Shown in pieces: positions 11,236-22,891 of a stretch of 64,000 nt of DNA. Made by a program: the position numbers and the translations under genes. Origin of the DNA: Acidobacteriota bacterium (GTDB lineage: Bacteria > Acidobacteriota > UBA6911 > RPQK01 > JAJDTT01); NCBI GenBank assembly GCA_965263035.1, contig OZ253580.1, positions 5,824,001-5,888,000 on the forward strand. Direction: 5' to 3'. Every line of letters begins with the position of its first letter. The first letter of the stretch is position 1. The notes under the pieces are model-generated. The model worked only from the letters and a program-made list of their open reading frames with translations. It was not told the DNA's origin and did not search any database.

Positions 11236-12378
11236 CTACGGACCTATGCCAGTGGACGCGACAGGCCCCCTTTCCTCCCCGGGCCCCTGGGTGGTCTCAG
11301 AAGACCGTGCGGGGGGCGACGGGCGACCAGATGCGGTCCTGTCGAACGAGGGTGTTGGCCAGGACGATGAGCTTGCGCATCACGGCGACGAGGGCCACCT
11401 TGCCAGGCTTGCCGCGCTCTCTCAGCCTCCGGTTCACCTCGGCCAAGTCGGGGTTCCAGCGCAGGGCGGACACGGCCGGCATGTACAGAAGCCGTCGCGC
11501 CCGCGCCCGTCCGCCCCGGATGAAGGCCCGGCCCTGCCAAGCCCCCGACTCGCGAGGAACGGCGGCCAGCCCGGCCAGACTGGCGGCGGCCTTGCCGCTA
11601 AGGGCACCCAGCTCGGGCATCTCGGCCAGCAGACCGGTGGCGGTGGTGGCCGCGATCCCCGGGATGGAGGTGAGGATCTCCAACTTGCGGTCGATGGCGC
11701 GCAGGTGGCGCTCGAACATGTTGATCTGGATCTGGTTCTGCTGTTTGAGCAGGGGTTCGCGGAGCTGTCGGCGGCGGTTGAGCGCGGCCGTGCGCTGGCG
11801 CATCAGCGCGTCCCGGGACGTCTGCAGATCCTGGAGCCGGCGTTGCGTTTTGGACGGCACCTGGGTCCGGCGCGGCTCCAGCGTGGCGGCCAGTTGGGCC
11901 AGTTTCCGAGCGTCTACGGCGTCGGTCTTGGCGCGGCTCCCGGTCGCCTCGGCGAAGCGCCGCGCCTGCCAGGGGTTCACCTTCGCCAGCGGCAGCTTCG
12001 CTTTGGACAGCGCTTCCTCGAGGTCCCGGTGGTAGGGGCCGGTGGCCTCGTACGCGACGCACTCGACCGGAGTTCCGATCCAATCGATCAGCGCCCGGAA
12101 GCCGGCCGGGTCATTGTCGAACTGGGCGGAATGGCCGTCGGCCAGCCGGTGCGCGTCCAGGTGCGCTTTCGAGATGTCGATGTCTAGCGGTATGCTGTTT
12201 CATCTTTCCTGTCTCCTGTGCTTGTCATTCGGGCCTTGATGCCCTTGTATCCATTCAGGACATCGGGAAAGACGGTGGCCGACCTGACTGCTTTTCGGTT
12301 CGCAAAAGTCCGCGGCGGTACGGTCCAGCCACCGCCGTCCGGGTCGCTCATGAGCGACCCGGACGGCCCCATTTAAAC
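11236..12378 (-). mobile_element. IS110-family element; transposase 11297-12203 frameshifted near its start
   Basis: DEDD RuvC-like motifs (DIDISK, YEATG, KTDAVDA) and C-terminal SIPGI...GLAAVPRESG...RGGR...ALVAVMRKL. ATG 12203 is out of frame with DIDISK. Structured ~170-nt 5' non-coding end. Boundaries approximate. Confidence 0.85.
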
Positions 12379-15313
12379 AGACAAGCGGCGGTACCCGCCG
12401 GAGTTTCGGCGGGAGATCGTGGCGCTGGTGCGCTCGGGGCGATCGCCGGAGTCGCTGGCTGAGGAGTTCGAGCCCTCGGCGTCGGCGATCCGGAAGTGGG
12501 TCAAGCAGGCCGATCCGGACGAGGGACACCGAAACGACGGGTTGACGACGTTTGAGCGCCAGGAGTTGCGCCAGGCGAAGCGGGAAATCAAGCGCCTGCG
12601 GATGGAACGGGACATCTTAAAAAAAGCCGCGGCTTGGTTCGCCCGGGAGAGCGGCTCGATCCCCGGCAAGGATTCGAGTTCGTGAAGGCGTACCGGGTCC
12701 GGTTTCCGATCCGGGTGATGTGCCACGTGCTCTCGTCTCTCCCCCAGTGGGTACTACGCCTGATTAAAGCGTCCGCCGTCGAACCGGGCTCGCCGGGACC
12801 AGGCGCTTCGGGAAAAGATCGTGCGGATCTGGAACGAGAACCGAAGAGTTTACGGTCGGCCTCGTCTGCATGCCGAGTTGAGAGCTCGAGGCGAACGGAT
12901 GAGCCCGAAGCGTGTCGGTCGATTGATGAAGGAGGCCGGGATTCAGGGGGCGAGCCGGAGGCACCGGAAGGCCGGGCTCACCCGGAGGGACCGGGACGCC
13001 CGTCCCGCGCCGGACCTGGTGAACCGGAACTTCGCGGCTGAGGGACCGGATCAGCTCTGGGTAGCGGACCTCACCTATGTCCGCACGAAGGCGGGCTGGT
13101 TGTACGTGGCCGTGGTCCTGGACGCCTGGAGCCGCCTGGTCGTGGGCTGGGCGATGGAGACCCACCTGCGCTCCCAACTGGTCGAGAAGGCGCTCTCCAT
13201 GGCGGTGATCCGGCGGCAGCCGAAGCAGGTGATCCACCACTCGGACCAAGGGGCGCAGTACACCTCGACGGCCTTCGGCAAAAGCTGCCGGGAGGCCGGG
13301 GTGCGCCCGTCGATGGGCTCGGTGGGGGGCGCGTACGACAACGCGATGTGCGAGAGCTTCTTCGCGACGCTCGAGTGCGAGTTGCTGGATCGTCAGAAGT
13401 TCCGGAATCCGAATCAGGCGAGGCGGGCCGTCTTCGACTTCATTGAGGGATTCTACAACCGGCGGCGCCGGCACTCGGCGCTGGGCTACGAGTCGCCGGT
13501 CCGCTACGAACAGCAGGCGGCGTAGGACCCACGCCGTGGTCCAAACTCGATCCGGACGACGAGATCCTCGATTCGTGAACCTTCGCACCAAGGGTCGCGC
13601 GCGACACGATTAAAGAGGGCAGGGGGGCGCTGCCCCATAGGCGTTAACTTGTTACGATTAGATCATGTATGATGAGTCTATGGAGAATGAAGTGGCTCGC
13701 GGGATGAGGGAAGACTGGTGGCTGCTGGTGTCGTTCCTGCCGGGTAACTGGCGGGAGCTGGCAGCGAGTACCGGGGCGCTCAAGGGGCTGCGCAAGGACA
13801 AGTCGGCGGAGAACCTGCTGCGCGTGCTGCTGCTGCACCTTGGATGCGGGCACTCGTTGCGCGAGACGGTGGTGCGCGCCAGGAAGGCGGGGCTGGCGGA
13901 ATTGTCGTCGGTGGCGTTGTGGAAACGGTTGAAGAAGTCACGGGGCTGGCTGCAGGCGCTGTGTCTGGAACTGTTCCGGGAGCGGGGCGTGGAACTGGCG
14001 GCGGGCGGCGGTATGCAGATGCGGGCGATTGACGCGACGACGGTGAAGGAGCCAGGCAAATCGGGGTCGCTGTGGCGCCTGCATTACAGCGTGCGGCTGC
14101 CCTCGCTGGCGTGCGACTTCTTCCGGCTGACGGGGACACAGGGGCGCGGCACGGGGGAGTCCCTGCAGCAGTTTCCGATCCGGGAAGGGGACTATCTGCT
14201 GGCGGATCGGGGCTACTCAACGGCGGCGGGTATCGGTTACGTGGCGGAAGCAGGTGGACGGGTGACGGTGCGGGTGAACACGAGTTCGCTGCCGCTCCAG
14301 ACCTCCGGCGCCCGACCCTTCCGGTTGCTGAAAAAGGTCTCGACGCTGCAAAGTCCGGGCGACATCGGATCTTGGGCCGCCCGGGTCATCGGCCCCCGGG
14401 GAGTTCCGGTGGCGGGTCGCGTGTGCGCACTGCGCAAGACGGAGGAAGCGATTGAGATCGCTCACCGGAGCCTGCGTCGGAAGGCCTCGAAGAAAGGCAA
14501 GAAACTGCAGCCGCGGACCTTGGAGTTCGCCCGCTACGTGATCCTCTTCACCAGCTTCCCGGCCGCGGATTTCCCGGTCGCCGAGGTGCTGGAATGGTAC
14601 CGTGTCCGGTGGCAAGTCGAGCTGGTGTTCAAGCGCTTCAAGTCGCTGGCAGCGCTGGGGCATCTGCCCAAGCGCGACGACGAGAGCGCCCAGGCTTGGC
14701 TGTACGGCAAGTTGCTGGTGGCCCTGCTGGTCGAGCGGCTGATCGGCTACGCGATGGCCGTTTCCCCCTGGGGATACCCTCTGGCGTCACCGGCAACCCC
14801 ACAGCGCTTGGCGTGACTTCAAATTCGTGCTCCACCAGGTGCGGCGCGCGATCGACCCGCACTTGTCGCGGGCTGAGGTGCTCGCCAGTTGGAACGAGAT
14901 CTCCGAGGAACTCGCCGACCCGCCTCGAGTTCGCTTGGCCCAATTGGAGTCCTATTTCAGCCGGACTCAAACAAGTTAACTCCTATGGGGCGCTGCCCCC
15001 CTGACCCCCGGATGCAAAGAGACACATACCACTCTTAAATCCCGACAAAGAAAGCGCCGAGACCCCCCAGTTACGCGGTATCCCATTGTGGAAAATCAAA
15101 GATTTCCCACAACGTGAGCCCTTTTGCGGACGCCTCCATCAGTCCCCCCCACAGAAGAAAGAACGCTCTGTCCATGGCCAAATCCGTGCCATTTTCGATG
15201 GCCATTGACATTCGGCAGGAGGAAGTCTTGCTCCTCACCGACAGAAGCGGTATTAAAACCAAGACCAACGTACACCGCACTAATAAACCGTCCACGAAAT
15301 CAGGACACCTTCA
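12379..15313 (+). mobile_element. IS3-family element copy 2, degenerate and interrupted by an IS4 element
   Basis: Close paralogue of 9454-11235 that lacks the IRL. A7G at 12619-12626, a +1 indel and TGA early in orfB (~12730-12763), orfB ends 13525. IRR CCGTCCACGAAATCAGGACACCTTCA ends 15313. Confidence 0.9.
13636..14987 (+). mobile_element. IS4 family, IS231/IS186-like subgroup, intact (transposase 13665-14816)
   Basis: 18-bp IRs CATAGGCGTTAACTTGTT / AACAAGTTAACTCCTATG with 1 mismatch. 11-bp TSD GGGCGCTGCCC (13625-13635 and 14988-14998). DDE motifs IDAT, ADRGY, YRVRWQVELVFKRFK. Confidence 0.95.
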
Positions 15314-15671
15314 TCTCGCTGAGTCGCACCGAGGCCCGCGGGTACCCCGTAGATCACCTCCCGCACCAATCGGTCCGCGGTCTTGGAAATCCCTCCGAGA
15401 CTTCGCTCGAGAATCGTCGGATCTGCGCTCGAATCTGGGCGGTTCTTTGGCACTATGCATCTGGGTCCCTCCCGTGTAACTGGTCCTTGGATTTGGTCTT
15501 TCAGAGAATCAGTCTCCTCGTCAGGGACCCACACTCATAGCGGGCGAAAGTTTCCCCATTTTTGGAGAAATTCGACCCCGTCCACTTGTCAGATCTTCTT
15601 ACTCTCCTGTTACCAATCGCTTGCGTAGATGACACCCCGATTTTTTGGGGAAGCTCCTGGGGTACAAGTGG

Positions 15672-15701
15672 TTGACATACTCGATCTTCCTCGACTACGC
15701 T
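15672..15701 (+). promoter_or_regulatory. Candidate sigma70 promoter for the spacer glnA
   Basis: TTGACA (15672-15677), 18 bp, TACGCT (15696-15701), immediately after the outer-IS target duplication. Confidence 0.4.
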
Positions 15702-15826
15702 CAGTCGATTATTAGTTTTGGGTTTGCGGGTGGAATCAGTCCGACGGCTTCCATTCGCGACGTTTCGCGGGTTTCGCCTAATACCAACGACGCCGGTTCT
15801 CGGCAACCACACGGAAAGAGAGTCAG

Positions 15827-17245
15827 ATGGCAACACTTGATGATGTGCAAGCAGTTATTAGGGACAACGACGTCCGGCGCGTCGATCTACTCGTCACGGA
15901 CTTGATCGGACGCTGGCAGCACTTTTCCATTCCCGCGTCCAAGGTCGACGAAGACTTGGTCCAGAATGGTCAAGGCTTCGATGGCTCAAGCCTGCGTGGT
16001 TTCCAGTCGATCGATGAATCCGATATGCTGCTGTTTCCAGACCTTGCAACGGCCCGAATCGACCCGACCGAATCCGAACCGACGCTCAAGATCATCTGCG
16101 ACATCGTCGACCCGGTGACTCGCGAGCGCTACACGCGTGATCCACGCTACGTAGCGACCAAGGCCGAAGCCTATTTGAACGCTTCCGGCATTGCAGACAA
16201 AGCGTTCTTCGGCCCGGAACTCGAGTTCTTTTTGTTCGACAACGTGCAGTTTGGTCTCAAGGTCAACTCCTCGTTTCATGTCGTGGACTCGGACGAGGCG
16301 GACTGGAACTCTTCCCGGGACGAGGACGGCCGCAACCTCGGCTACAAGATTCCCCCGAAGCAAGGCTACTCTCCGGTTTCCCCTTTCGACTCGCTCGCGA
16401 ACCTGCGCTGGGAAATGGCGGAGAAGATGGGGCAGGTGGGTATCGAGTTCGAGGTTCATCACCACGAGGTAGCAACGGGAGGTCAGGGGGAGATCGCCAC
16501 CCGCTTCACTACGTTGCGCAGAAAGGCGGACGATACCCAGTGGTACAAGCACATCATCCGCAATGTGGCCAAGGCCCACGGAAAGACGGCCACGTTCATG
16601 CCCAAGCCCCTGTTTGGCGACAACGGAACCGGAATGCACGTGCATCAGTCGCTGTGGCTCGGCGATCAGCCGCTCTTCTTTGACGCAGACAATTACGCAC
16701 AGCTTTCGGATCTGGCGAAGTACTATATTGGGGGCCTGCTGGCACACGGACCGTCGCTTCTCGCCTTCTGCGCCCCAACGACCAATTCGTACAAGCGCCT
16801 GGTTCCCGGTTTCGAGGCGCCGATTTACCTCGCCTACTCACAGCGCAACCGCTCGGCTGCCATCCGAATCCCCACCTACGAGAACTCACCGAAGAGCAAG
16901 CGGGTCGAGTTTCGTCCGCCCGATCCCTCAGCCAACACGTATCTTGCTTTTTCAGCAATGCTGATGGCAGGACTTGACGGAATACGGAACAAGATCGATC
17001 CGGGCGGCCCGACCGACACCGATATCTATGAGCTCTCCCCGGAGGAAATCGGCAATATCCCTGCTGTTCCGACCTCGGTGGAGGCGGCGGTGGAGGCTCT
17101 GGGCGGTGACCACGACTATCTGACGGAGGGCAGCGTCTTTACGCAGGACGTAGTGGACCAATACATCGCCTTCAAGGAGCAGGAGGCGCGGGATGTCTTT
17201 CTCCATCCTGTTCCGGCGGAATTCTTCCACTATTTCCACATTTGA
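15827..17245 (+). CDS. glnA: Glutamine synthetase type I-beta, copy located between 16S and 23S
   Basis: 472 aa: FDGSS, GPELEFF, HHHEVA, TFMPKP, NGTGMHVHQS, SYKRLVPG, RNRSAAIRIP, RVEFRPPD, and adenylylation Tyr motif DIYEL. Confidence 0.97.
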   Translation: MATLDDVQAVIRDNDVRRVDLLVTDLIGRWQHFSIPASKVDEDLVQNGQGFDGSSLRGFQSIDESDMLLFPDLATARIDPTESEPTLKIICDIVDPVTRERYTRDPRYVATKAEAYLNASGIADKAFFGPELEFFLFDNVQFGLKVNSSFHVVDSDEADWNSSRDEDGRNLGYKIPPKQGYSPVSPFDSLANLRWEMAEKMGQVGIEFEVHHHEVATGGQGEIATRFTTLRRKADDTQWYKHIIRNVAKAHGKTATFMPKPLFGDNGTGMHVHQSLWLGDQPLFFDADNYAQLSDLAKYYIGGLLAHGPSLLAFCAPTTNSYKRLVPGFEAPIYLAYSQRNRSAAIRIPTYENSPKSKRVEFRPPDPSANTYLAFSAMLMAGLDGIRNKIDPGGPTDTDIYELSPEEIGNIPAVPTSVEAAVEALGGDHDYLTEGSVFTQDVVDQYIAFKEQEARDVFLHPVPAEFFHYFHI

Positions 17246-17475
17246 CCCGAATTCCGAAACCCGGCTGCCACGAGGCATCCCAACTCTCCCTCAAGCAGCG
17301 CCACGGAAACCGCCTGAATTCTTCGCTCCGGTCCGCTTGGAAGATCGGTGAGATCGCTCTCATCCCCGGACGGGACCATCCAGGTGAACGACGGCGGGGT
17401 CCTCAACCGTCTCCGTGAGCCTCTGACACCTCAGCCCACTCTTGCCCATCTTCCAGCCGTTACCTGTATTTCTCA

Positions 17476-19472
17476 GTGCGCCGTGGAAAGGCGCTGTTTC
17501 TCAGTGGGTGCGAATCCCACCCGGCAACTGTCGCTCCAGCCGGTAGCAGTCGGAGCGGTTCATGGAGGCAACGATATGGACTGAAGCACTCCGATGTCAA
17601 AGGGTCGCTTTAGGCGACTCAGCGAGTCCGCAGGCCGTAGCTTGAGCGAACGCTGAGCAGGCCTCGAAACGGGTAATGCGGAAGCCGACCCGCCTGAGAA
17701 ACGCACGAAGGCTGCCAGCGGCCGGGAAGCGAGCGACGGAAGCACCGGCCGGTTCCGCCGGGGTAATGGCGGTGGCATGTGGACAAGAGGGAGACAGCAG
17801 CAACACGGGAAGCCCCGCCGGTGGCGTGGCACGCGTCAACCGGGAACCCGTGAGGGCCAGCCTGGGCCGTCGGGGTGGCGGAGAGGCCCGTAGTACTGGA
17901 GAAGCCGGGTAACGCCGGTGGAGGGAAGGGGCCTTGGTTCGAGAACCGCGTTGGACGGGGAAAAGGACGTGAAGACTGGTGAGAACCTAGCAGCTTCAGA
18001 GAAAGTTCAGAGACTCCGGAAGACGCTCCATGCGAAAGCGAAGGAGGCTCCGGGCTTCCGGTTCTACTCGCTGTGCGACAAGGTGTGGCGGTTGGACGTG
18101 CTCCGTGTGGCCTGGCAGGAGGTCCGCCGCAACGGCGGGTCGGCCGGGGTGGACGGGGAGGCGATCGCCGACATCGAGTCGTCGGGGGTGGACGGGTGGC
18201 TCGGGGAACTGGCGCGGGACCTGAAGGAAGGGACCTACCGGCCCAACGCGGTGCGGCAGGTTCTGATCCCGAAGAAGCAACGCGGGAAGTTCCGGCCTTT
18301 GGGCATTCCGTGTGTGCGGGATCGGGTGGCGCAGACGGCGGCAATGTTGGTGTTGTCGCCGATCTTCGAAGCCGATCTGGCCCCGGAACAATATGCCTAT
18401 CGGCCGGGCCGGAGCGCGGGCGATGCCGTCAAGCACGTGCACCGACTGCTGAACCGGGGCCACCGCGAGGTGGTGGACGCCGACCTGACGGACTACTTCG
18501 GCCAGATCCCCCATGCCCAACTGATCAAGTCCGTGGCCCGCCGCATCAGTGATGGGCGGGTGGTGGGTTGGATCAAGGTTTGGTTGGAGATGGCGGTGGA
18601 GGAAGAGGACGGCTGCGGCGGACGACGCCGAACGACCCGGGCGCGGCAAGAGAGGAAAGGGACCCCGCAAGGGGCGCCCATCTCACCGCTGCTGAGCAAC
18701 TTGTACATGCGACGCTTCATTCTGGGCTGGAAGGGACTGGGCTACGCTCGGCGCTTCAAGGCGGAAATCGTCAACTACGCAGACGACTTTGTGGTCCTGG
18801 GCCAAGCTCCGGCCGCGATCATGCGGACGGCGGTCGAGGATTTGGTGAAGCGTCTGAAGCTGGCGTTGAACGCGGAGAAGACCCGAGAGGTGCGGGTGCC
18901 GGAGGAACCGCTGGAGTTCCTCGGCTACCGGATTGGGCGCAACTACCGCCGGGATACGGGGCGAGCCTACATTGGGACGCGCCCGAGCCCGGCGAGCGTT
19001 CAGAGCCTCTGCCGCAGGGTGAGCGCGTTGACCGAGAGACGCTATGGACTCCTGGAACCCGAGCGAGTCGTGGGACGCCTCAACCGGCTTCTGAACGGTT
19101 GGGCGAACTACTTCTCGTTGGGTCAGGTGAGTCCCGCTTATGCGACGATCGATCGGCACGCGACCCGGCGGCTGCGCCAGTGGCTGAGCCGCAAGCACAA
19201 GGTGAGGGCCGGGAAGACGGTGCGCTTCCCGGACGAGCGACTCTGGAAGGAGTGGGAGCTCACTCGTCTTGGTCCGCGAACGGCCAGCTTTCCGTGGGCG
19301 CGCGTATGATCTCGTCCGAGAGCCGGATGCGTTAGTAGCGCACGTCCGGTTCGATGAGCGGGGAGAGGAAACGGGGTCACGGTGGAGATTGAGGCACCGG
19401 CATGAGGGCGAAAGCCGCCGGCAACAGCGACTCCCTTCGACCTACGGCCGTCGCGCCTCTCCTCGACTCTAC
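17476..19472 (+). mobile_element. Group II intron with RT/maturase ORF
   Basis: 5' GTGCG at 17476. Domain V GAGCCGGATGCG...CACGTCCGGTTC (~19320-19352, AGC triad). Domain VI ends CTCTAC at 19472. EBS1-like TGAGAAA (17695-17701) is complementary to exon TTTCTCA (17469-17475). Confidence 0.92.
17918..19309 (+). CDS. ltrA: Group II intron reverse transcriptase/maturase, no HNH endonuclease domain
   Basis: AGVDG, RPLGIP..RDR, DADL..YF, GTPQGAPISPLLSN, YADD, FLGY, and domain X (GWANYF). An alternative GTG start lies at ~17969. Confidence 0.95.
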   Translation: MEGRGLGSRTALDGEKDVKTGENLAASEKVQRLRKTLHAKAKEAPGFRFYSLCDKVWRLDVLRVAWQEVRRNGGSAGVDGEAIADIESSGVDGWLGELARDLKEGTYRPNAVRQVLIPKKQRGKFRPLGIPCVRDRVAQTAAMLVLSPIFEADLAPEQYAYRPGRSAGDAVKHVHRLLNRGHREVVDADLTDYFGQIPHAQLIKSVARRISDGRVVGWIKVWLEMAVEEEDGCGGRRRTTRARQERKGTPQGAPISPLLSNLYMRRFILGWKGLGYARRFKAEIVNYADDFVVLGQAPAAIMRTAVEDLVKRLKLALNAEKTREVRVPEEPLEFLGYRIGRNYRRDTGRAYIGTRPSPASVQSLCRRVSALTERRYGLLEPERVVGRLNRLLNGWANYFSLGQVSPAYATIDRHATRRLRQWLSRKHKVRAGKTVRFPDERLWKEWELTRLGPRTASFPWARV

Positions 19473-19497
19473 CATGCGGTGAACCCGCATGTTTCTT
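19473..19497 (+). terminator. Hairpin plus T-rich tail (possible intrinsic terminator) abutting the 23S promoter
   Basis: CATGCGG-TGAAC-CCGCATG followed by TTTCTT. Confidence 0.45.
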
Positions 19498-19565
19498 GAC
19501 AAACACCTAACCTATTGCGTAGAATCTGTGCCTGTCGCCCGTAGCGGCGGCATGTTCTTTGACAA
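19496..19565 (+). promoter_or_regulatory. Independent promoter and boxA-like leader for 23S-5S
   Basis: TTGACA (19496-19501), 18 bp, TAGAAT (19520-19525). TGTTCTTTGACAA at ~19553. The leader pairs with the 23S trailer (CGGCAACGAAAAATTCTAGGTCAA / TTGACCTAGAATTTTTCGCTGCCG). Confidence 0.75.
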
Positions 19566-19635
19566 TCTGGAAAAAAGCAAGGGCAACCCACAATAGACAG
19601 AGACAGCTAGAGTTTTTCGGCAACGAAAAATTCTA

Positions 19636-22602
<2,967 letters not shown>

Positions 22603-22680
22603 TAGAATTTTTCGCTGCCGCGAGAAACAAAGTTGTCTTTAATTGGCAAGGGTTGCCGCTTTTTCCAGATGAAAAAGGTT

Positions 22681-22798
22681 TTCCGGTGATTATAGCGGAG
22701 GGGGTATACCTGTTCCCATCCCGAACACAGAAGTTAAGCCCTCCAGCGCCGATGATACTGCATGGGTAACTGTGTGGGAAAGTAGGTCGTTGCCGGGA
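22681..22798 (+). rRNA. rrf: 5S rRNA
   Basis: CCCATCCCGAACAC..AAGTTAAGC...GGGAAAGTAGGTCGTTGCCGG. Confidence 0.97.
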
Positions 22799-22802
22799 TT
22801 TT

Positions 22803-22834
22803 AAAAAAAAGGGCCTCTTCTGGAGGCCCTTTTT
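22803..22834. terminator. Bidirectional intrinsic terminator between rrf and mutL
   Basis: A8-GGGCCTC-TTCTG-GAGGCCC-T5. Confidence 0.9.
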
Positions 22835-22891
22835 CGTACCTGTCCACCGGGTTCCAATCCGCTCGACCCGGGGCTCCCCCATCCAATTCGT

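Larger units (their letters stand above)
5583..15659 (-). mobile_element. Outer IS4-superfamily (DDE, YREK-type) element, disrupted by nested insertions
   Basis: Imperfect terminal IRs: CTGGACTTTCCCCA at 5583 and TGGGGAAGCTCCTG ending 15659. Flanking direct repeat cGGTACAAG (5574-5582) / gGGTACAAG (15660-15668). Transposase C-terminal remnant at 5601-6077 (HLSRWQVEETIRFIK) and N-terminal-like remnant at ~15314-15534 (GISKTADRLVREVIYG). Confidence 0.8.

Noticed and set aside
15071-15295. 74-aa minus-strand passenger ORF in the IS3 tail
   Set aside because: The equivalent frame in IS3 copy 1 has early stop codons, so it is not conserved.
5487-15905. Frame that joins across the outer-IS target site (SKIIGVILKPF...GRYK|WLTYSIF), superficially like a P-II N-terminus upstream of glnA
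   Set aside because: Its start overlaps the 16S trailer helix and it lacks all P-II motifs (GRQKG, TG..GDG). It only supports the empty-site reconstruction.
17918-19309. RT as retron, DGR or defence-associated RT
   Set aside because: It has a maturase X domain and is enclosed by GTGCG, domain V and domain VI of a group II intron. No template/variable repeat or msr-msd was seen.
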